From an uncultured Acidobacteriota bacterium (GTDB taxonomy: Bacteria > Acidobacteriota > Thermoanaerobaculia > Thermoanaerobaculales > Sulfomarinibacteraceae): a stretch of DNA of 64,000 nucleotides. The stretch is taken from contig CAVQJV010000062.1 of NCBI GenBank assembly GCA_963712805.1, positions 14,157-78,156 on the forward strand. The letters are read 5' to 3'. The position numbers and the translations under genes were made by a program. Under the pieces are notes generated by a model. It was not told where the DNA came from. It ran no database searches and worked only from the letters and a program-made list of their open reading frames with translations. This document shows, in pieces, positions 63,710 through 64,000 of this stretch (the stretch's first letter is position 1; each line of letters opens with the position of its first letter).

Positions 63710-64000
63710 TTCGTTCTTGAAGGGCGGAGAATCGATGAACCAATGAGGCCGGACGGCGGCCCAGGAACGTACAAACAGAATTCGAGAGCACCATGTCGGC
63801 ATGCCGACATTGTTGGTTCAACTCAGGACGAGTTGGTGGAACCGTCTCCTCAGAGGATGGAGATCGGTGGGACGGTGGCCGGGGTGGACCCGGTTGGTCA
63901 GGAGGGTCATGGCGAGGCCCCTGGTCGGATCGATCCACAACGAGGTCCCGGTAAAGCCGGTATGGCCGAAGGCCGACGCAGCGAGGGCGGGCCCGGCCGA

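Noticed and set aside
63710-64000. Possible further repeat or gene fragment at the window end
   Set aside because: No convincing ORF, RNA fold or second copy within the window

Overview
This is a high-GC bacterial chromosome segment, most likely Acidobacteriota (Thermoanaerobaculia-like). That assignment is an inference from gene content: a fused LptF/G, a fused LptC/A and the style of the secreted S8/PKD proteins. From about 1 to 45 kb many genes are broken by single-base frameshifts, including essential ones (rpsA, cmk, lpxB, ribF, gpmI), whereas 45.1-63.4 kb is clean. The breaks are therefore treated as sequencing or consensus errors, and the ends of affected genes are approximate. The first ~1.09 kb (nfnB/gltA-like 3' fragment, AT-richer) is joined abruptly to a truncated cusB-like gene and looks chimeric. 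Gene order after that: metal-efflux genes; DUF1015-serA-serC; a REP-rich gap; a Ser/Thr kinase; a PKD/dockerin-like protein; an S8 protease; lpxH-like; aroA; a giant sigma-54 activator; MurB-like; TPR protein; trmJ; AMMECR1; LarA-like; Fe-S protein; DUF1573; B12 radical SAM; cmk-rpsA-ihf...lpxB-rimO-ribF-prsW...rodZ...dnaJ-like-PP2C-gpmI-accA; lptC/A-lptB-rpoN-hpf-ptsN-hprK-rapZ-EIIA-ptsH-ptsI; miaB; DUF151; parA-parB; lptF/G. Four signals stand out. (1) An unannotated ~80-nt sigma-54-driven sRNA with an anti-Shine-Dalgarno seed (20300-20379, minus strand) lies between the giant activator and a MurB paralogue lacking its catalytic residues. (2) A secreted DUF1573 protein has an in-frame UGA at a Cys position followed by a SECIS-like hairpin, making it a probable selenoprotein. 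(3) A dif-like Xer site plus three DnaA-type boxes lies directly behind a parAB pair. (4) Several intergenic mosaics of REP-like palindromes and 7/8/9-bp periodic repeats are present.
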